Below are positions 59,828 to 64,000 of a stretch of 64,000 bases of DNA, piece by piece. The number at the start of each line of letters is the position of its first letter. Position 1 is the first letter of the stretch. The notes under the pieces were generated by a model, which saw only the letters and a list, made by a program, of their open reading frames with translations, had not been told where the DNA came from and ran no database searches. Source of the stretch: an uncultured Armatimonadetes bacterium (GTDB taxonomy: Bacteria; Armatimonadota; Hebobacteria; Hebobacterales; Hebobacteraceae); NCBI GenBank assembly GCA_963716175.1, contig OY970296.1, positions 3,712,001-3,776,000 of the forward strand. The letters run 5' to 3'. The translations under genes and the position numbers were made by a program.

Positions 59828-60985
59828 CTATGTCTTCGCCTCCCGCGCCCACCTCACCGCCCCCTCCCCATACCGCTTCCGCAGATACGATATCTGCCGT
59901 TCCAGCTCCGCCCGCCGCTGCACCCGGGGGTCGAAGAGAGAAAGCTGCTGGGGGCCGTGCGCCAGCCCCGAGCCGCGCACGCCCAGCAGCCGGATACCCT
60001 GGCGACCCCTATCTACCTCATCCAGCAAGCGGTAGGCGGTGCGCCGCAGCACCTCCGCCCGGTCGGTGGCCTCGCTCAAGGTGCTCTGACGGGTGATGGT
60101 CTTGAAGTCCCCGAACCGGACCTTGATGGCGATGGTCCGCGCCTGCAGCTCTTCGTCCCGCAGCCGCTTTGCCACCTCCCGGCTCAGCTCCGCCAGCGCT
60201 CGCCGCAGCTCCTTCAGGTCATATAGGTCCTTCGCAAACGTCTCCTCCGCGCTGACCGATTTGGTCTCGCGCTCGGTCTCGACAGGCCGGTCATCAACTC
60301 CGCGTGCCAGCTCGTGCACCACATCGGCCCACACCCCCAGCAGTCGCCGCAGCTGCGCGATCGGCGCTCGCCTAACTTGCCCGATGGTGTCGAGCCCGGC
60401 CGCCTGCAAGCGCTTCTCGGTCTTCGGCCCCACTCCCCACAGCTTCTGCACCGGCAATGGGGTTAGGAAGCCCTCCGCCTCCTCGGGACGGATCACCACC
60501 AAACCGTCGGGCTTGCGGAAATCGGAACCGAGTTTCGCCAGGTGCTTGTTCGGGCCCACTCCAACCGAGGCGGTCAGCCTCAGCTCCTCCCCTATCTCGC
60601 GCTTGATCTGCCGCGCCCGCGCCTCGGCCTGGGCGAAATCGGCGGCGCGATCGCTGATGTCGAGGAAGGCCTCGTCAATCGAGATCTGCTCGATGCGATC
60701 GGAGTGGCGCTCCAGGATCGCCATCACCTGGTGTGACACTTGCGCGTATTTGCGCATGTCCACCGGCAGAAACGCGGCCTCGGGGCAGAGCCTGACCGCC
60801 CGCGCCGCCGGCATGGCGGAATGCACCCCGAACTCCCTCGCCTCGTAGGAGGCGGCCGCCACGACCCCCCGCCCCTCGGGTGTCCCTCCCACGATCACCG
60901 GCCGCCCGCGCAGCTCCGGCCGATCGCGCTGCTCGATGGCGGCATAGAACGCGTCCATGTCAACATGCAGGATGATGCGCGGCAT
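59828..60985 (-). CDS. dinB: DNA polymerase IV
   Basis: HVDMDAFYA, ASYEAR, SIDEAFLD, KPDG, little-finger RLLGV, QLSLF clamp-binding motif. Confidence 0.97.
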   Translation of the reverse strand: MPRIILHVDMDAFYAAIEQRDRPELRGRPVIVGGTPEGRGVVAAASYEAREFGVHSAMPAARAVRLCPEAAFLPVDMRKYAQVSHQVMAILERHSDRIEQISIDEAFLDISDRAADFAQAEARARQIKREIGEELRLTASVGVGPNKHLAKLGSDFRKPDGLVVIRPEEAEGFLTPLPVQKLWGVGPKTEKRLQAAGLDTIGQVRRAPIAQLRRLLGVWADVVHELARGVDDRPVETERETKSVSAEETFAKDLYDLKELRRALAELSREVAKRLRDEELQARTIAIKVRFGDFKTITRQSTLSEATDRAEVLRRTAYRLLDEVDRGRQGIRLLGVRGSGLAHGPQQLSLFDPRVQRRAELERQISYLRKRYGEGAVRWAREAKT

Positions 60986-60995
60986 GGCGCTCCGC

Positions 60996-62545
60996 TCAGA
61001 GCCGTGCGTTGGTGCGCGAGCTCAGCGCCGCCAGCCAATCTCCCAGGTCGCGCTTGGTCAGCACATCGTCGGGCCGCGGCGGCCCCTCACAGGCCGCCGC
61101 CGCCAGCTCGCCGGCCTGGGCCGGGGTGTGGCCAGAGGCCACCAGGGCCCTGCGCAGCACCTCCGCCGCTTCCTCGCGGCTCACCAGGCGCCTGGGATCG
61201 AACAGCGGCTTGCCACCCAGGGAGCCGGTGCCCAAGATGACGCCGAGCCGGCGCAGGTTGGCGGCGTGGCGGCGAGCTTCCCCTGGCACGTCACCGCTTC
61301 CCAGGTCGGCGAATTCCTCTGCGCTGCCTTCAGCCGCCGAAGCGAAGAGCGTCCGTCCCACCGCCCGCGCCAGCTCCAGCCGCGTGACGAAGTCGGTCTC
61401 TGGCACACTGCGCGGGAAACTGAATGCGAACGCTTGCTGGAGCGCCTGGTTCTCGCCGATGTGCCCGCAGCCATAGCGGCAGTCGCACCGCGGAGGAGTA
61501 AGACCCGAGCTGGGCAGCTCGCGCAAGAGCTTCCGGTAGAGCTGGTAGCTGCGGCCCCGCCAGACCTGGGCGAATGAGCTTCCCGTCAGATCGCCCAGCC
61601 GGTTCTGGCAGGTGCAGCAGCCATGCACGATGCCCTGAACGTCCACCACCGAGAAGGTGTGGCCAATAAAGCAGGCCATCTCCTGATAGGGCCAGGCCTC
61701 GGCCGAGGGCTGCCCCCCTGACGGGATGCTATCGGTCCAGAGCTCCACCCCAACCTGCCGCGTCATCTCCGCGGCCCGCGCCAGGTCATCTCTGATCAGC
61801 GCCCACTCCTGCTCCTCCAGCGCCAGATCGCTGGAGTCGAACGGCACCGGCCGCATCCCCCCGATCACCACCCCATCCACGCCCGCCTCGATGGCATCCC
61901 TCACTAGCTCCAGGATTTCGGCCCGGTTGAGCTTGGTGAGCACCATACTCACCAACAGCTTGGGCCTGACCTTCCCTCGCTGCGCGAGCTGCTGGATCAC
62001 CCCAAGCAGCCGGGCGCGGTCCGCGGCCGGAGCCTGATGCACCCGGGCGTAGGTCTCGGCCCGGCCCGAGTCAATGGAGATGCTGAGCTGCCGCAGACCC
62101 ACGCCGCACAACCGGTCGAGCAGCTCTTCTCTCAGCGGCTGTCCGTTAGTCGTAACCTCACCCTGCATCCCCAGCGACCCGATCAGCTCGAGGATCTCCA
62201 TCGCCTGAGGATGGATCAGTGGCTCTCCCCTGCCCGCCAGCCACACCTCTTCCACGCCCAGGCCCGCCGCCTCGGTGAGCAACCGCTCGATCTGATCGAA
62301 CGGCATGTTCTGGGCCGGTGTCGGTCGGCTCAGCCGCGGGCTGTGGGCGGTGCACATCTGGCAGCGATGGCTGCACCCGGTCGTCGCCTCCAGCAGCACC
62401 CGCCGCGGGCCTCGCGTCGGCTCGCGCAAGTAGTACCTCTTCCGCGGGCAAGCTGGATGCTGCGCAGCAGGCCGGGAGACACCGCGCCGATCAGCTCCCG
62501 CGCCACCCTCTTGCCACGAGCTTCGAGCCACGATGGCAGGGTCAT
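60996..62545 (-). CDS. Radical SAM/SPASM-twitch protein with C-terminal SLH-like domain; apparent frameshift near 62444
   Basis: CSHRCQMC, GRGEPL, TTNG, ISIDS, CFIG...HGCC...LGDL..W..CDC..C; true start MTLPSW at 62545 overlaps upstream stop (ATGA). Confidence 0.85.
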
Positions 62546-63567
62546 CGCGTCACCCCGTCGCCATCTGGCTTCTCTGCGATCACGAAGCTGAAGTCGCTCT
62601 TCAACTGGCCGCTGTTGAGCACCTCGCGCTCCGCCGCGAAGAGCCGCTGCAGCCAGGCCCGGTGCTCGTCGTTCTCCGGGTCGAAGTTCTGCGTCAAGTC
62701 GTGCAGTAGCCAGTTCAGAAGCGGGCCGCCGTAGTCCGTGCGCTCGAGTGTGCTGAAGCACCGCTCCAGCGCCGGCAGGATCTGGTCCGAGTTGACCGCC
62801 TCGGAAGGGTCGGCTGCGATCACCTCCTCTATGGTAGGGGGAGTGAAACCGTCGCGGACCTCGCCAGAGGGCGTCCGACGCAGCTCCTCTGGCAGCCTCA
62901 TCAGCCACTCATTGATGAGACTCGCCTGCGCCCCGGGCATCTGAAAGCGCGCCGGGCCGACGTACTCGTTGACGACAAACACGCCCCCAGGCCGCAGCGC
63001 GCGCTTGACCTCTTGAACTAGGCGGAGCACGTGCTCCACGTGATGCAATGCCATCCAGGCGATCACGAGGTCGTAGGCATCAGGCGGAAGGCGTAGCGTT
63101 TCGACATCAGCCACACGATAACTGAGCCCAGATAACCCGGCCGACTCTGCCTCCCGTCGACAGACAGCGATCGCCTCGGGGGAGATGTCAATCCCCTCAC
63201 AAACGTGAGAGATTCCCAGCTTCACCAAGCGCCGCTCTACTGACCCATCCCCACAGCACAGGCTCAGCGCGGCCTGGCGGGGCAGGGGACGACACCGCTC
63301 CCGGAGATAGCTGTACCAATCCAGCCCGCCCAACTGCGGGAAGACGTACTCTCGGAGCACTTGCGCGGAACTCAACCACGCTCGTGCGTGCTCGCCCGCA
63401 GTCTGGCATACCGCGGCCTTTCCCCACACCGCAGCAACGTGCCTCTTCTGTCTGGACCTAGACGAGATGACGCCGGGCAACCGCCACCAGGCCGTTCGCA
63501 GCACGCGATAGGCTCGCACGAGGCCAGGCACGCGCTTCAGGCGAGCGACGACAGCAGAACGCAGCAT
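62542..63567 (-). CDS. Class I SAM-dependent methyltransferase
   Basis: ALSLCCGDG, GIDIS, YDLVIAWMALHH, LRPGGVFVVNEYVGP. Confidence 0.88.
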   Translation of the reverse strand: MLRSAVVARLKRVPGLVRAYRVLRTAWWRLPGVISSRSRQKRHVAAVWGKAAVCQTAGEHARAWLSSAQVLREYVFPQLGGLDWYSYLRERCRPLPRQAALSLCCGDGSVERRLVKLGISHVCEGIDISPEAIAVCRREAESAGLSGLSYRVADVETLRLPPDAYDLVIAWMALHHVEHVLRLVQEVKRALRPGGVFVVNEYVGPARFQMPGAQASLINEWLMRLPEELRRTPSGEVRDGFTPPTIEEVIAADPSEAVNSDQILPALERCFSTLERTDYGGPLLNWLLHDLTQNFDPENDEHRAWLQRLFAAEREVLNSGQLKSDFSFVIAEKPDGDGVTR

Positions 63568-63572
63568 CGCCG

Positions 63573-64000
63573 CTACTCCCCTCCTTCTGGCTCGCACAGC
63601 GGCGTTCGCGCCGGCTTCTGCGCGATCACGAAGCTGAAGTCACTCTTCAACTGGCCGCTGTTCAGCACCTCCCGCTCCGCCGCGAAGAGCCGCTGCAGCC
63701 AGGCCCGGTGCTCCTCGTTCTCCGGGTCGAAGTTCTGCATGATGCCGGAAAGGAGCCAGTGCAGCAGCACGCCGCCATAGTCTATCTGCTCGCGCACCAC
63801 GAAGCGGCGCCTGAGCAGCGGCAGAATCTGATCTGAGCAGATCGCCTCTGTCGGATCCCGCGCCATCAGCTCCGCGCCGGTGGGCGGGCGGAAGTGGCGG
63901 CGGACCTCTCCCGAGCCGGTCCTCTTCAGCTCATCGGGCAGTCTGCCCAGCCACTCGTTGATCAGGTCCACCTGTCGCTCCGGCATCCGGAAGCGCACCG
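63573..64000 (-). CDS. Class I SAM-dependent methyltransferase paralog (C-terminal part; 5' end outside window)
   Basis: RFRMP...INEWL...DPTEA..SDQIL...DYGG...NFDPENEEHRAWLQRLF homologous to 62542-63567. Confidence 0.85.
   Translation of the reverse strand, partial: VRFRMPERQVDLINEWLGRLPDELKRTGSGEVRRHFRPPTGAELMARDPTEAICSDQILPLLRRRFVVREQIDYGGVLLHWLLSGIMQNFDPENEEHRAWLQRLFAAEREVLNSGQLKSDFSFVIAQKPARTPLCEPEGGE

Noticed and set aside
62567-63738. Diversity-generating retroelement TR/VR pair
   Set aside because: Mismatches are mostly third-position and not adenine-specific, both copies are coding, and no reverse transcriptase is in the window

Overview
GC-rich (roughly two-thirds G+C by eye) bacterial chromosomal window, mostly housekeeping genes on the minus strand: pgk-gap, ogt, uvrC/uvrA/uvrB, coaE, rpsA, polA, sppA, tRNA-Leu(CAA), accAD, pheA, the phoH-pgpH-ybeY-dgkA-hemolysin x2-cdd operon, rpsU, hit, tatD, rimI, birA, nadAC, panC, pilC, folKP, a two-gene comEC, cysK, a xylose-isomerase-like gene and dinB. 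Firmicute-like operons together with a putative outer-membrane beta-barrel (Ig + LptD-like) protein suggest a diderm Terrabacterium, possibly Armatimonadota (inference only). At least 10 apparent single-base frameshifts in conserved genes look like long-read indel errors. Most interesting items: (1) a PilB/GspE-type ATPase whose N-terminus is an excisionase-like (HTH_17) DNA-binding domain, divergently transcribed from comEC across an AT-rich promoter region with an inverted repeat, with pilC nearby; (2) a ~240-nt highly structured leader with mutually exclusive pairings over the RBS of an ABC transporter-DUF1854 pair (candidate novel riboswitch); (3) a tRNA-adjacent ~1.2-kb cassette with a 23-aa beta-repeat protein bracketed by 36-bp direct repeats and inverted decamer repeats; (4) a radical SAM/SPASM enzyme with a C-terminal SLH-like domain next to tandem methyltransferases with homogenised 3' ends; (5) an AbiJ-NTD4 + VapBC islet inside the uvr cluster; (6) several dispersed REP-like repeat families, one tandemly amplified in-frame into cdd. 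No CRISPR array, integrase or transposase was seen.
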